DNA from: Raillietiella orientalis
Lineage: Eukaryota
Direction: 5' to 3'
Length of the DNA: 64,000 nt
Assembly: GCA_036172245.1 (NCBI GenBank)
Contig: JAYWIR010000048.1
Span: 930,001-994,000 of the forward strand
Shown: positions 24,700 through 37,913 of the stretch, piece by piece
Position numbering within the stretch: the first letter of the stretch is position 1
How the letters are laid out: the number at the start of each line of letters is the position of its first letter
Made by a program: the position numbers and the translations under genes
The notes under the pieces: model-generated
Database searches by the model: none
What the model saw: only the letters and a program-made list of their open reading frames with translations
Told to the model about the DNA's origin: nothing

Positions 24700-26450
24700 G
24701 CGTGTTTTCGGTCTCGAGGGCGTTTCCTCAATTTGTTCCGTATATCTTTGCATCTCTTGCCTCTCACCTAAGCAACCTCCTCCAGCAGATCATTTTTCAC
24801 CTTCAAACGAGACCCGCCAAACTGCATCCTTTGACAGTACGATGTAACCCTCATCGCTCGCTTCATCCCTTTTACCAGAAACGGAACAGTGCTGTTGCTA
24901 GGCAAAGTAGCCAACACGTTCAGCAGCGAGCTCTTTCAAAGTCTCTTTTTAAACCCCATCTGCAAAGAGCTGTTTTCTATGGCTATGCCTCAGAGCCTAG
25001 AGGTAGGAACGTGGTACGCAACGCGTTGCCTGTCCGTCAGCGCTCGACTCCATGGTAACTCCTGAGCTGCAAAGATGAATACTGACTAGCTTCTCCTCAG
25101 ATAACGATCTGTTGCGCTTGGTGCTTTGAAAAATTGCAAGTGCAGTTTCCCCACCGGTCCATAACGCCTTTTATCTTCAAAAATGGACCTCTCCCATTGC
25201 GGTGTAAATCACTGGTGGGGTGTCATCTCGTCGGCACAGTGGCGGTGCTGGAAATCCACATCATCCGCATACGAGGTTTCATCTGAGGATAACTCATAAA
25301 GGAAATTTAAAAACTCCATAAAGCATCAGAAAAAAAAAAGAAGGAGGGAACTGTTTCCGCCTCCTTCTTCTGATCGAACTGCCGAGGTCAGTACTTCCGA
25401 AACCTCCAGCAAAGTTGCATAAACACCTTACCGAAGCCATGGCGGGAGTTGCCGAACATTAGAGCACCGTGGTATCAGCCGATACTCTCGAAATTACGCT
25501 TCGCATACTGAGCATCCGTCTCTATTGAGGCGGCATCAGCATCTCGTTTTTCGAAACGGGCATCCATTGTATGTTTCCCAAATGGATGTCTGGCCAGCGG
25601 TTTTCCTTCGCCGACAATCTGAGATGAACGCTTCCTCGTGCGTCTCTGAATCCTCTCCGAATGGCCCTCCTCCAGCGCATCTTTATGGATGAACTGCAAC
25701 ACGCCGTTAACTTCGACGGAGGCTCTCATCACACGCGGGTGTGCAGCCAGTAAAGCAGCGGTCTCTGATTCGGATCCCTTCTGAATGCCACCGCAAATGA
25801 GCCGGCGTGCATCGAGATGCCTCAGGGGCACGCGGAGGGAATCTGGGAGCCGTTCGGCGTTTCGATCCTGGGAAGCAGATACGCAGCTTCACTGCCGTGG
25901 CTACGGCAAGATGGCAGCCACTGCTAGCATTACGATGGTCTCCATGCAACGCCGCGCTGCACTGGAGCCGTCAGCACGCAAGTGGACTGCACCCCATCCC
26001 TGGAACGCCTCGTGATCCCTGGAATGGAAGGTCTTTGTTCCAGAATCTGCTCCACGCACCGACTTCGCAGTCCTCTGATTAGGCCGTCGCGGGCGAAATC
26101 GCGTTTGCTTTGCCACGCGACGATGTGGAGGAGGAAAGGGAAGAGACGGCGCTTCCGGGAACAATTCGTGGAACGGTGAAAGCTCGGATTAGGTAGGCGG
26201 AGGTCAAAAGCCTCGAACGAGGTTTTTTGGTTCGCCGCCGGCAACAGCGAAGACTCGCTGCTCTCACAAAGTCCAGCGTCCTTCGTAAATCCGCGAAGAA
26301 CCATTCCGAAAGAGACGGAGAGTTTGCCCAAAGGTTGTTCAAAACTCTCAAGATGGGGTCAGGTAAAGAAATGTTCAAAGAAGGTAAAGAATCTTCGAAC
26401 TGGAAAAACTCTGCGAGACCCTTCACTATTTTTTTTTGTTGCAGTTAACA
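24700..26450 (-). mobile_element. Degenerate Ty3/Gypsy gag-protease-RT remnant
   Basis: SLSEWFFADLRR (gag-like), RASVEVNGVLQF (protease-like), YCQRMQFG (RT RMPFG motif), in order. Confidence 0.5.
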
Positions 26451-26818
26451 AACCAAACTCAGCTGTTTGCCATCGGCCGGCGGCAGGAAGTGCAGAGGAG
26501 TGGTGCAGCAACTGGTGACCGATTTCGATCACTTTCCCTCGCCAAACTCGCTACACTGCAAGAAGCTTGGGGTCATCATCGACGCGAATCCACCATCTGT
26601 CCGTCTGCTAAGAACAATTTAGCCTGGGGACGAGGACAAGTAAAACTCTCACGCACCTCTTCGTCTCCAGATGCTTTCAAGATCTCTCGGCCGAATGAAT
26701 GGTGCACTAAACTCGGACCAGAGGAAAAGCATCAGATTTCTTTCTTCTGGCGTCCATTTTGTTGGCGAAAGACTCTTCAAAAATCAAAGGTTGCCGGAAC
26801 CGATGCGAAAGCATTTTA

Positions 26819-27191
26819 CAGTGGCACCTCGGTACTCGACGGCGTCGGAGTTCGTCAAACTCAGTACTCGTCGCATTCTGACGAGAAAAAAAAAAATGTT
26901 TCCAACACTCGGCGCATGCTCGGAACTCGACACTCCACTCATGATGAACCAATCTCCTCATGACAATTCGTCTCACCGTATCTCGCGAACACTGCCCAAC
27001 ACTTCCACAAAGTGCCTCCCGAATCGTTCCTTTTCTTGTGTTTTCTGTGCATTTTGAGTGTTGACCATGGATCCTTAAATGGTCAGAAATGACATCACGA
27101 AGCCTAGAGAGGAACTCGTTCGGTACCCGTCGGTTTCGGTACTCGTCACGAGTTCTGGAATGATTTACTGACGAGTACCGAGGCACCGCTG
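26819..27191. mobile_element. pogo/Tigger-like (Tc1/mariner superfamily) MITE
   Basis: 20-bp TIRs CAGTGGCACCTCGGTACTCG vs inverse CAGCGGTGCCTCGGTACTCG (17/20); TA on the left, TG(TA) on the right; internal GTACTCG repeats. Confidence 0.75.
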
Positions 27192-27219
27192 TGTATGAAA
27201 AAGAAAATGCAGAAGCTTC

Positions 27220-27800
27220 GATTCCGTCTGAAGAGCGTTGAGAGTACGCTTGCCATCTGCTCACTGACCTGGTCCTGAGGGCGCCGTTTGCAGGTCCCAA
27301 GAGATACTCGGTTCTAAAACTGCGTCGTTGGCACCAGATGACCTCATGATCTGCTTGAACGGTCGAGCCTTATTGGCTCATGTGGTTTTTTACCCGGGAG
27401 CAAAATTTCAAGATTCCGAACTCTTTTAGAGGTAGGGGCTAAACGGATGCCCATTTGGTTAGTGATCACCAAGATCCCAGTGCCCTTGCTTGAGGTGGCG
27501 AGTACTTTCCCGATTTCAGATGTTTCAGGGTCATTCGAATTCAGCGTGCGAAAACCTGAATAGGGGAGTCATCCACCTCACCGCTGCAGTGGTCATTTAG
27601 AAGAGCAGTAACATCGAAAGGCCAAGCGAACCAACTAGTAGCTGACCTTTTGCTGATCAGAACAGGCGCTCGCAGATGCGGAGAGGAAAGGGACTCTTAT
27701 TGAGGAAAGATGAAGCCTTAGAACCGAAACGACCCCAAGCCCGGGCGAGGTCATTTTGTCCCTTCTAACAACAATGTTCAGACCTCGCGGAAAGCACCAA
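27220..27800 (+). mobile_element. Degenerate Ty3/Gypsy RT remnant
   Basis: FAGPKRYSVLKLRRWHQM (G.K.FS.LDL...Q), KRMP/FG, KGLLLRK, GRGHF. Confidence 0.45.
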
Positions 27801-30259
27801 ATTTAGAGTTTTGCAGGCAGTACCGGGACCTCCCATTTCAGTTTCTTAATTTCTTGAGCTCTTCGGTAACTACATGATGGCACGCAAAATGCCATTCCCA
27901 CGGAAAGGCTCACGAAAGGCGCTCTGATGGTATTCTAACTAAATTTGCTCGTGGGTTCAGCGAATTTTGCCCCAAACGAATGGCTCGTCTGTGGCGTGTG
28001 CCTGGGCTCTGAGTTGACGTCCCGAAGCTCCGTTCGCCTTATAAATTGAGCGTCTGCAGCTGAAAACCCGGATTCGGAATGCTCCAGCAGCGCACTTCAT
28101 CCTCTTGTTGCCGGAGCGGACTCGTCTTGGAATCGCATTTGAGCGGAGAGACCGCTTCCAGCAAGAGAGGAGCCTTGTGCGAATCGGTCCATTACATGAA
28201 ACAGCAGACGCGATCCACTTTGTCATTCTATCCTTCGGGGACCCCGGTCTGCCAGTCCCGAATCCCCTCCGCGTTTGAACTCGTGGCCTCCACTTTGCGG
28301 GGAACGTCCGGACAGAGAGGCAGGAGAATAAGGCATCTCGAGCGGCGATGAGAGCAAAAATCAGAAGCGGATGCTGGAAGGGAGAAGGAGGATCCTCCCG
28401 AAGAAAAATTTGAAAGTACAGGAATGCTCTGAGATTGATCGGACCGTCGAGATCGGAAGGCATTCCGAGATGAATCCAATGCAGCGCGAAAGCGAGTCAG
28501 GAACACAAACATCCATTTTCCAAAACTTCGGATCCAAGGGAAAGCACCAACGGAGCTGGAGCAGTTCAGTGTCCATTAAGGGGAACATCAGGAATCCGAG
28601 ATCGCAGATTTGCAAGTAAACTTTTCTTACTTTGAGCGCAACTGCTCTTTGGCTGACAGTAATTGTGGCGCAGCCTCCGGCCACCGCTCATTTCATCAAC
28701 TCTCCTCGGCTCGGCTAAAACGGGTGATCAAGGGATCGCCGTGGCACCTGCAAGAAACACACAGCCACGAGCGTCGTGTCTGCAGGCTGTCTGCTCAGCT
28801 TCGAGTGTCACCGTCATCAGTTCACAAGGAAGAGGTTCCCCAGAAGAGCCGATTCCAAACCGATGGGGGACACGGCAGTTCACAAGGAGAAAAGGAGGAA
28901 TTCTCTGCTCGTGACGAGGAGGAACGACAGCAGCCAGAATCATCGCCATCACCCTTGGCAGAGGTCAGTCTAGGAGACAACGTCCTTCTGCTCGCCTTGA
29001 TGGAATTTAATAGCGGGTCGAAGCGTATAAGAAAAGACGAGCAGGAGCGTGGATCATCATTCGTAATCATGAATGATTCATCGTGGACGATTGCTGGAGC
29101 TTTTGCTGGCTGGGGGGCGTACACGCGACCCGATCTCACCAACTGTACATCCTAAGATCCCAACTCTGGACTGCTACCACCTCGTCATTCCAGTGGTTCT
29201 CGTGTTGAGCACGAGCTTCGTTCCCGCCTACTCAGCAAACCCCGTAGCTGAGCAGAGCCTTTCTCCAGCGCGGAATCATCTTGCCCGGCGTCACAAGACT
29301 TTTATAGTCCCGTCGCCTTGGTAGCGTTTTCCTTCCTCCCAACGCGACAGCCATACCCCACCTTCCATTCGCAAGTTTCATCTTACTTCTTGCTCTAATG
29401 GCCGTTGTGATGACTCTGGGTGTGGAGGCAAAAGGATCAAAAAGACGATTACGTATTTTCAGAATTTCGGTCGAACCATCTGAGTTCATGAGGCCATTTT
29501 TCCCCCTTCTTCTGCTGTTATAGCCAGCAACATCATTTGCGTTAGCTTTTTTTTCTTTTTCTTTTCTACGCTGTTGCTTTTGCAGCTTCATTTTCTCATG
29601 CCCACGCTCCTTGGAATGTTCTTTCCTCTGTCAAATGTCCATTGCTTGTGCTGTGTTGTCCTTCTGAGCTTTCTGTGCATCATAGGAATGGTCACAGCTG
29701 GAACCACAACGTCTTACTTGTTCCACAGCAGCATCTAGGGGTAACGGAAGCTTTCAAGTCCCACAGTGGTCCTGATGAAGGTTTTGCTGTCCAATTCTAC
29801 CTTCGCATGCTTCACGAAGACTTCAAAAGATCCCGCAAACTTCTCAAGAGATTTCAGTATCGAAAGCTCAGGAGGCTTACCTTCGAGCACTGTCTGGAAG
29901 GTCAACCGAGAAACCTCGCTTACTGGCCACTCAAACGAGGCTGACTTTCCAGCTTACGAAATCATATACACATTTACAGTCTTGTCTTATATAAATATGC
30001 TAGCACTTTCAAAGCTTCAGGCCAAGGGCACAGTTGGATTCCAATCCAGAATCTCATCCTTCTTATGGAGATGGTAACCCTGAGGCAACTGAGGCAACAT
30101 CAAGTGAACTGCTGATCATCCTAAGATGGGATAAACTCCGTTCGCCGTTCTCTCGTTCATCCTTCCACATCATTGATGAGGAAGATTTGGCTGAAGGCAG
30201 CTGGTGCTCCTGAAAAATAGAGGATTGTTGACTTCGTGGTTCCCCTCTATCGAGTGCTT

Positions 30260-30370
30260 GATACACCCTTCGGGGGATTACTCTTTAGAGTATAAAGAGC
30301 GCGCTGCTCCCTTCGGAGAAATTGGGAAGCTTCTCTTCGGGGTTCTCTTCAAGGAGGAAACCAGGAGTTC
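30260..30370 (-). repeat. Fragment of the LINE-associated 5' repeat
   Basis: cttcggggttctcttcaaggaggaaaccaggag aligns with ~34432-34463. Confidence 0.6.
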
Positions 30371-32039
30371 GAGTTCCGAAACGGGTTCGCTTTCGAAACG
30401 GAGCCCTCTGACCCGCTCATCGCTTCAGTGAGTTCCTCAACTTCCCCTCTGACAAATAGAGGACGAATGTCGATTCCTCTGGACGCAGGGAACGGAAGAT
30501 CTTGTGCTACGGGACCTTCGTGTGCACTGTGCAGCTCCCCACTACAACACGGTAGGTAGTGCTCACCGTGTTCCCGTGACCTCGTAAGTACGGAGTAAAA
30601 ACGGTGAGAGATCGCCTTATCCAGTCGCCGATGGCATCCAGCCTTCGCGTTATGCTTGCTGCGGATTTCCGCTTGGGGCACACGGTAGAAAGACTTTCGA
30701 AGGGATGGTAGCGCAAAGCACTGGAAAATATTCTTGCTCTGCGTCCCTTGAAGCTCCCGTTGTGCCCCCCCTTCCGTGGCACAAAGTCCACTCGTGCACT
30801 TCTTTCGCAGCTCTTCCTTCTGAGCTTTCCTCTCTCCTGTTTCTGGCCTCTGGAAAGGAGGTGGAGATTCAAAAGAGGAAGCTGCAGGCATCGGCCACGA
30901 ACGATGCAAGCGCTCTCCTGCTGGGTGTCGAACGTGGATCAGCCACGTGCGCGTCCCGATGAGTGGGGCGAAAGTGCCTCTGCCCAAGCGCTTCGACCGA
31001 ACCGCTCCCTTCGACCCAGGGGCGCCTCAATACTGCCCTCACATTTCCTGCGTACCAAAAAAGCCGGAATCGCTGCCACTAAGACGGCACGTGCTTCGCG
31101 GTCGGGTGGTCCTCTAAGTGTCCCCGCCGCCAGGCACCTGATGCGTTTCCCTTTTTTCCGCCGAAAGAAAAACGTCTGCAAGTTTGGGAAGAAACTGTTT
31201 CGGATGAGGCCGGAAGGGACAGCGGCGCGGTCTTCTCTCTCAGCCAACGACAAAAAAATGGATTCTAGGGAGATGGCTGGGAGCATCGACAACGCCAGAT
31301 TACAAGGTTTCCTGTGTGGGATCTTCTGGTTGAATTGAGATTTCATTAGATTTAATATTTAATCAGCGGAGTGAAGGGTTGGTAATGGAACGGGCGAGAG
31401 TCCTCGAAAATCTACGCTTCCCTTTGCATCTCTCTGCCTCCGGAGATGCCTCGCGCTTCATCTGCTCCTCGTTCGACAGCAGCACGCCGCCTCCAAAGTT
31501 CCTGTCGTGGACCGAAAGAAGGCAAATCCGTGAAGCGCCCGCCCACCACCTGAAAATCGAAACAGCTCCATTTGGATTCGGGGAGGGGGACCGCCTTTCC
31601 AGAACTTTTCAAGAGGATTAAAGGCATAATTATTTAATCATTAGGACACGGTAATTCATGAGGAGCCGTCTCTTATCGACGGAAGGTCTCTGTCGTATTT
31701 TCATCTCTGTCGAATCGCATTACTGGCGTCCCTGCGCTTTTCGTCTCTGGATTTCCTTGCCTCGAGATGGAAAAACGAGCAAAGAGCTCATTTGGTTGTC
31801 TTTCAGCTACCTTTCAGCCATCCAGGGAAACCCGAGATGGGTCTTGCCACAAATGCCACCAAGATGGAGGGAATAATACACATTTCATCAACGTTGGAAT
31901 CATTTTTTTTTTTTTTTTTTTTTTTTTCGGAGGAAAGCTTCATAGTGACAGTCGTGGAGGATTTTTCAGCTCAGCTGCTGAAAACCCAACTCACATCTCG
32001 GGGGATGTGCTCGCTGTTTTCACGGAGACTCTGACTCGT

Positions 32040-32400
32040 GCAAAGCAATGAAGCCGTTCTTAGCAACAGCTGGTGGATCCACCAGCTTGGGTTCGTAGTT
32101 CTGCGGCTGCTGACAAGCGGAAGTCCCCATCCTGCTCCTATGGTGGACCTCCAGGCACGAAAAGCTGCTGGAGTGAAGCCCATTGCGCGGACAGTGTCAG
32201 GACAAAGCTCGCAGCACTTCTTGATGGTTCAGCCTTTCGACTCGGCCGCTCCTGTTGTCCTGGAAGTAGGGAATAAGTACGGGAATTGCAGAATGCAGGC
32301 AACCGTGACTTCGCCGGCTGGGGACTTGCCTGCGAGTGTTTGAACACGAAATAAAAATCGCTGATTTCTACATCTGCATTCTTTCGCCCGGCGGATTCAC
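32040..32400 (-). mobile_element. Degenerate Ty3/Gypsy integrase core remnant
   Basis: PYFQDNRSGRVERLN/TIKK...QW...AWRSTIG resembles the PYHPQSNG.VER.N.TIK...W...AYRST motif. Confidence 0.45.
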
Positions 32401-32639
32401 TCGAAGATATCCCTCCTACTGCATGAGGTTGGCCGGTGATTCCTCTAGCATGAGTTTCTTCCTCCAGCCTCTCCATATCCAGAAGGGCAGACAAATCCTC
32501 CTTTGCGCTAAGAGCAAAGTCCAGCCAGAATCACAGCCTCGAAGAGGGAAAGCATTTTTGAACTTTAGGGGATCCAAGAGATGCGTTCGGTAAATGACCA
32601 GAAGAATAGGAATCCTCTCTATAAGACTATAGGCTGTTT

Positions 32640-33165
32640 TCCACCCCGTTGCGCTGGGGTGTTTATTCTAGAAAAGAACAAACCATCTAAGAACAAAGTT
32701 TCCAGACAAAGGAAAAGTTCGAAGGGAGGGCCCTCCGACACGCAGGTTGGACAGACAGAATGTCCGGAACGGGAGGGAGAGGACCACCAATAGATATATA
32801 AAAAATACAAAAAAAGATATGAGGGGTAAGGGGATGTGGGTCTTTGGCCTCGGCCCTTCCATCCTTTCAGAACCGGCGTCGGATGTCGGAGATCTTCCTC
32901 ACTTCTGCTTTGAGATGAGGCCACCTGGCAGCCGTCTTCGTGTTGACGTTGGCAATCCTGGTGACCTCTCTTATTATCGCTTGCGATTCTAACAGGCGGC
33001 GGGCCATGACGATGGTGCGGATGCAGCAGATCGTTGCGATGGCCGCACCTAGCGAGAGGCCACCGCGCGTGAAGGAGCGGCGCGTGACGTCCATTGCAGT
33101 GTCCCCCTGGTGCAGGAGCGCTGAAGCCAACCTCCGGCACAGCCCTTGGAGGACACCGCAATCAC
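32640..33165 (-). mobile_element. Short L1/Tx1 3' tail
   Basis: GGLSLGAAIATICCIRTIV...KTAARWPHL; both 3' hairpins (32734-32751, 32642-32661) and AATAAA. Confidence 0.88.
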
Positions 33166-33404
33166 CATAGGCTGTTGATGGAGCATTTGCTGAAGAGCAC
33201 GTGAGATAAAATCCACTTGTTGGCTCGCGCTGGCGACCACGTAGCTGCGGTTTCCTCCGAGCGTGCCATCAAGTCGTTGCGGGTTCGAATCTCTCCCGGG
33301 AAAGGATCGGCGCCGATGGATGGGTGTGTCATGGATTTTGATTCCCTTCCGCAGGATGAAGCTGGCTAGCCTTAGGGACTTCAGATGCGACACTGGTTGA
33401 TATC

Positions 33405-34640
33405 TGGTCACGCCGGGGTGGTTATTTATAGAAAATAAACATTCAGGTCTGTGGCAGGACGTTTGATCCTGCCACGTTACTTAAAACTACGAGAAGGAAC
33501 CTTCCAGGAACTGGCACTCAGGCCAGTGGTGTTCGTCTCGGCAGCATGGGGGAAGGGTAGACCAATAAAAAGGAAAAAAAATAAAACAAAAACCATATGG
33601 TCAAAAAATGGGGGGGGGGTTCGGAAAGGGATCACTGTGTGCTGGAAGGTACCCTCTCCATCCTTATAAGGATGCTGGCAATTTCCTGTTTTATGGTTCT
33701 CAGATGGGGCCATCTTGATGCATTCTTCATGAAGAGGACAGCAAAATAAATGACGTCCTTGTTGTCCTAGCCTCCTCTGACGTTGCTGCATGAAGCCACG
33801 GTCCTGCTGCGTAGGCAGCAAAGTGCTGCTAGGAATGAGGCCGGCGTGAGGGCGTCGCGCAAGGAAATGTGCTTTGAAACGCCTCTGGCGTTGCCGCTTG
33901 GGGTTCCAAGGGTTGCGGCAAGCCATTCCCAAAGGGTCTGGAGGGCAACACAGTTCACTAGGAGGTGCAGGAAGGATTCCTGCTCCCTGCACCTGGCACA
34001 GTTTGGTTCCATACATCCCGTGTCCAGCGGGGCAGCGGCGCACATCAGGGGCCTTGTGGTTACGGTCTCTGCGTGTGGCACCTGGCGTTGCGGGTCCGAA
34101 TACTGGGCACGAATCGACGCAAAGAGTTTGTGCGCGTCGTGGGTTCGAGTCGGAGACCCGCGAGATAACGCTGTTCGACCTCATTCCGGGGACGGCGCCC
34201 AGTAGTGGCTCAAACTGTACGTCCCCGACGAGGTCCCAAACAATGGAAGTCGATCTCCAGGTCCCTTCCAGGAATGAAGGAGTGGGAGTTCCCCTCCGGT
34301 TGTGCATAGGAGCGGACCCTCCTTGAAGGGGGACCCTCCGTAGAGCAGGTGTGTCACCACCTCTCTAGAGTTCCAGAGAAGCGTGCCGCTTTCTTCGGGG
34401 AGAGCGCCCTTCTGAATTTCGGAGGCGTCACTTCGGGGTTCTCTTCAGAGGAGTAAACAGGAGCGGTTCCCTTGTGGGTTCTCTTCGGAGAAGAAAACAT
34501 GGAGTGGACCCCTTCGGGGGTTCCTCCGGAGAGAGTAAAGAAGGCGAGGATTCTCTTCCGGGTTCCCGCCGGAGACTATCAGGGCTAGGAGGTTCCCTTC
34601 AGGGATGCTTCCCCAGGCTTGAGAGGCGGTCCCTCCAAGG
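33405..34640 (-). mobile_element. Internally deleted LINE: 5' tandem repeats plus ORF1 fragment joined to ORF2 tail
   Basis: 5' part is homologous to 35040-35720; it joins EPNCARCREQESFLHLLVNC...LAALCCLRS and the family 3' UTR. Confidence 0.75.
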
Positions 34641-34949
34641 TATCTTGAAGAATTAGCACACGTACCTTTGGATGGTGTGAGGAACAGTCTCAAAGAGCTG
34701 CGCGAGACGGTGGTTCTTGAAGTACTAAGCGAACTCCCCCCCCCCCAAAAAAAAAAAGTTGAAAGCGAAGAAGGATTTCCATCGTCCTATGATGGAAATC
34801 CTTTTGGGTCTGTCTTCGCTGTTTTTTCCCTTCCAGCATTTTTTTTTCAGGTTTTTAAGGTTTTCTTTTTTTTTTTTTTGGTTCGCTAAGTACCTCAAGA
34901 GCCGGTCGCGTGCCTCGCGGAGCACGTGCCTCTTTAACACTGTTCCACG

Positions 34950-36070
34950 CCACCCGCGGAGGGTGCGTGCTATTCTCCAAGATAGGGAGGGCACCCCGAA
35001 AGGGGGTTCGCCCTATGAATCCAGGAAGGCTCGGAGTCCGTTCCTCTCACATTTGGGGAGAGGGATCGCACTCTGGTTGTCTCCGAAGGAGAACCCAGAA
35101 GGGAATCTCCTTCCTCATTCTCTTCGGAGGACCCCTGGAGTGGTCCTCTCCATTTTATCTTCCCCGAGGGGATCCGCTAGTAGGAATTTCTTCTTCGGAG
35201 GGAACCCGCAAGGGCACCATTCCTGTTCACTTCTCTAAAGAGAACCCCGAAGGGACGCTTCCGAAACTCAGAAGGGGCGCTGCAGCTTCCCGCAGGGAAT
35301 CGCTCTCCCTTGCTTCCTTGCACTCTGTGAAGAGGCGACGACTCGGAGGGTCCCCCCCGCAACGAGGAGGATCCGTTCCTTTGAACAACTGGAGAGGTGC
35401 CTGTGAAGGATCCTGCTCCATCTTGAACAAACCTGGGGGGTCCCTCCAGTGTAGGGGGTCCGCTCTCCGCTGCACGACTGGAGGGGGAACTCCCCACTCC
35501 TTTATTCCTGGGAAGACCCGAAGGTCAATTTCCCATTGTTCCGCTCTTCATCGGGGGCCTAGGGGCTTTATCCACCGGTGCTACCACGCCCGGATGATTA
35601 GGCCAACCAGCGCCATTGCAGGAGAAACTCGGAACCCAACGACGCAGTGGCGTCAGAGTTTCTGCCGAAGTATTCGAAGCCGCGACGCGTGGTGCCAGGC
35701 GCGGAAGCCTTAACCACAAAGCCTCCGATGCGGGTCCTGGCAGCGCTCTGCTGCCTCCGAGGGATTGTGGCTGCGTGGAGCGCAGTCAACAGAGAAAGCA
35801 GCGAAAGGGACGCCATCGTACACGCGGGTCGCTACCTGCGAATCGCGATCGGATGGCCCCATCTGGGAAGTATGCAGAGGGACCTCGACGGCATCCTTCA
35901 AAGGATGGACGCTGCCCCCAGCGGACTGTGATCCATTCCATCCATCCAGTGTTTCTTTTTTTTTTCTTATTATTATTATTATTTTGATTTTTGTTCTCCC
36001 TCCATTCCTCTCCGCTGCAGAAGAAAGTCACGCCAATCTGCGCGCCGGCGACCCGGCAGGCCCTGTTGTT
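34950..36070 (+). mobile_element. Internally deleted LINE: 5' tandem repeats plus ORF1 fragment joined to ORF2 tail
   Basis: 35-40-bp subrepeats (TCTTCGGAGRGAACCC...AAGGG), ORF1-like region ending GARRGSLNHKASD, then VLAALCCLRGIVAAW...WPHLG...LQRMD-stop and 3' UTR. Confidence 0.75.
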
Positions 36071-36073
36071 TCC

Positions 36074-37900
36074 CACCCGGGTGCACCGGGGCGTTTATTT
36101 TTAAACTATCCGGAAACAGAATTCCCGGACAAAGGACACAGAAAAACGAAGGGAGGATTCCCCGACACGCAGGTCGGTAAATCCGAAAGTCCGGAACGGG
36201 AGGGAGGGAACCACAAAAACACATATAAAAAATAGAAATAAAGATGTGGGGAGGGTAGACGACAGGGGTCTTTGGTTTCGGTCGTTCCTTTCTTTGATAG
36301 TCGGCTTTGGATGCTGGAGATCTCGTTCCTTGAGTGTTCTGGAAGATGAAGCCAACCGACAGCCGACGCCATGTTCTCGTCGGCTATTCCAGTGGCCTGT
36401 CGTCGAATCGCCTGCGACTCCAGCTGTCGGTGGGCCTTATCGATGGCGCGGGTGCAACAGACCGTTGCGACCACCGCACCTAACGACAGGCTGCTTGGCG
36501 TGAAGAAGCGGAGCATCCAATCCCTTCGGTGTCCCCCTGGTGCAGGAGAGCTGAGGCCAGCCTCCTCCACAGTCCTTGGAGGACACCGCAGTCCAGGAGC
36601 AGGTGAGGGAGCGTTTCCACTTCCCCGCACCGTTCACAGTGCGGGGAGACAACTCCCCCGGAAAACAGTGTTTGTGCGCTGGTTGCAATGGAAACCCCAA
36701 TGCACCAGCATAATAACGTCCTGTTTCCAAGAAAGGGGGAACACAGAAGTGTTCAGGCACGAGGGAGGGACCACAAGTTCTTCGGGGGGCACACTCAAGT
36801 GTTCACTCCACCGAAGGAGTCCCTTCGGGATGTGGCGAGGCGTGGCGGCGTCTGCCAGCTCGCAAGTCCTCCAGCCGCCCATGGGTCGGGTTGCTGCTGC
36901 GATGGTGCAGGCGACCTCCCACCTCGCTGGCAGGCAACTGTCACCACTTGCCCTGAGGGCAGACAGCGCTTCGGCGAGGGGCGTGACGGCCAGGCGAGTC
37001 CACTTTTCCTGATTCTGTATCACCTCCTCCACTGTACAGTAAGGAGAAAGGTTTGCGCAACGGAGTTCCAAACGAGACGCATCCTGTGGTCTTGCCCAGG
37101 CATACAACGGTTCCTGCCGCCAGGCGTTAAAGTTCGTTGTGCGGCAGGAGATCCATGCGTGGGCTACCAGGAGCCGGTAGAGAGGTTTCATGCGGAAACC
37201 GAAGCTTCTCGTGCGCGCTCCGTATGCGGCCGGAGCCACAAAAGGCCATCGCTGCCGGTGCAGCGCCGCAGGAGCACACCACGGAGTGGACCAAAGGTTG
37301 GCGCATAGGGCCAATATTCGAAGCTGCACCTGCAGCTCGATTCTCTCCAGCTTCAGGATGCCCAGGCCGGCATCCCTACGCGGAGCCGCCAAGTCTTTGA
37401 GGCGGATCCTGGACCTCGCGGGTCCCCACAGAGCGTTCCTCAACAGGCTTTGTGCCTGGAGCTTGGCCGAGTAGGGGGACGGGAAAACAAAAAGCAGGTG
37501 GAGTAAGAGGGGGGCAAAGAAGGTGTTCCATACTGTGGCCCGCTCCGACAGGAGGAACCTGCCATGGTGGAACGGGCTCAGAGCACTCGTAGCCTTCCGA
37601 AGGCAGTTCGCCCACGCTTCCATTGGGCTGATGTCTCCCAGCGGGACGTCCAAGTACTTCAAAGACCTGGCTGTCGGAATCCCCAGGCGGATCCAGTCGG
37701 ACTGCCCCTCCCACGCCGCACCAACAGGAACGACCACACTCTTGCTCTGGTTTACGCTCACTCCCGTTCCTCGGCGAATGAGCTCGAGGAAATCCTCGAG
37801 ACTGGACGCCGGGGTGGTCATGGGTAAAAGGAGAAGCTGGTCATCGGCACAAACTGCCACGGTCGGCGTGCCTGGACAAGAGCTCGGCAGGTTGGTCAGC
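36074..37900 (-). mobile_element. Longest L1/Tx1-clade LINE copy: RT domains 5-7 through 3' end
   Basis: 438-aa frame with CADD (YADD), TGVSVNQSKS, LKYLDVPL, LKDLAAPRRDAGLGI, HWGFHCN; frameshifted CCHC tail; both 3' hairpins. Confidence 0.95.
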
Positions 37901-37913
37901 GTCAGCCTGTACT

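Noticed and set aside
28300..30200. Coding-looking ORFs (28371-28619, 28610-29155, 29642-30077)
   Set aside because: No recognisable motifs or consistent splice structure; left unassigned.
34330..35290. Repeat-spacer pattern resembling a CRISPR array
   Set aside because: Units are degenerate and irregular, linkers are short, there are no cas genes, the context is eukaryotic, and the pattern recurs as part of a retroelement.
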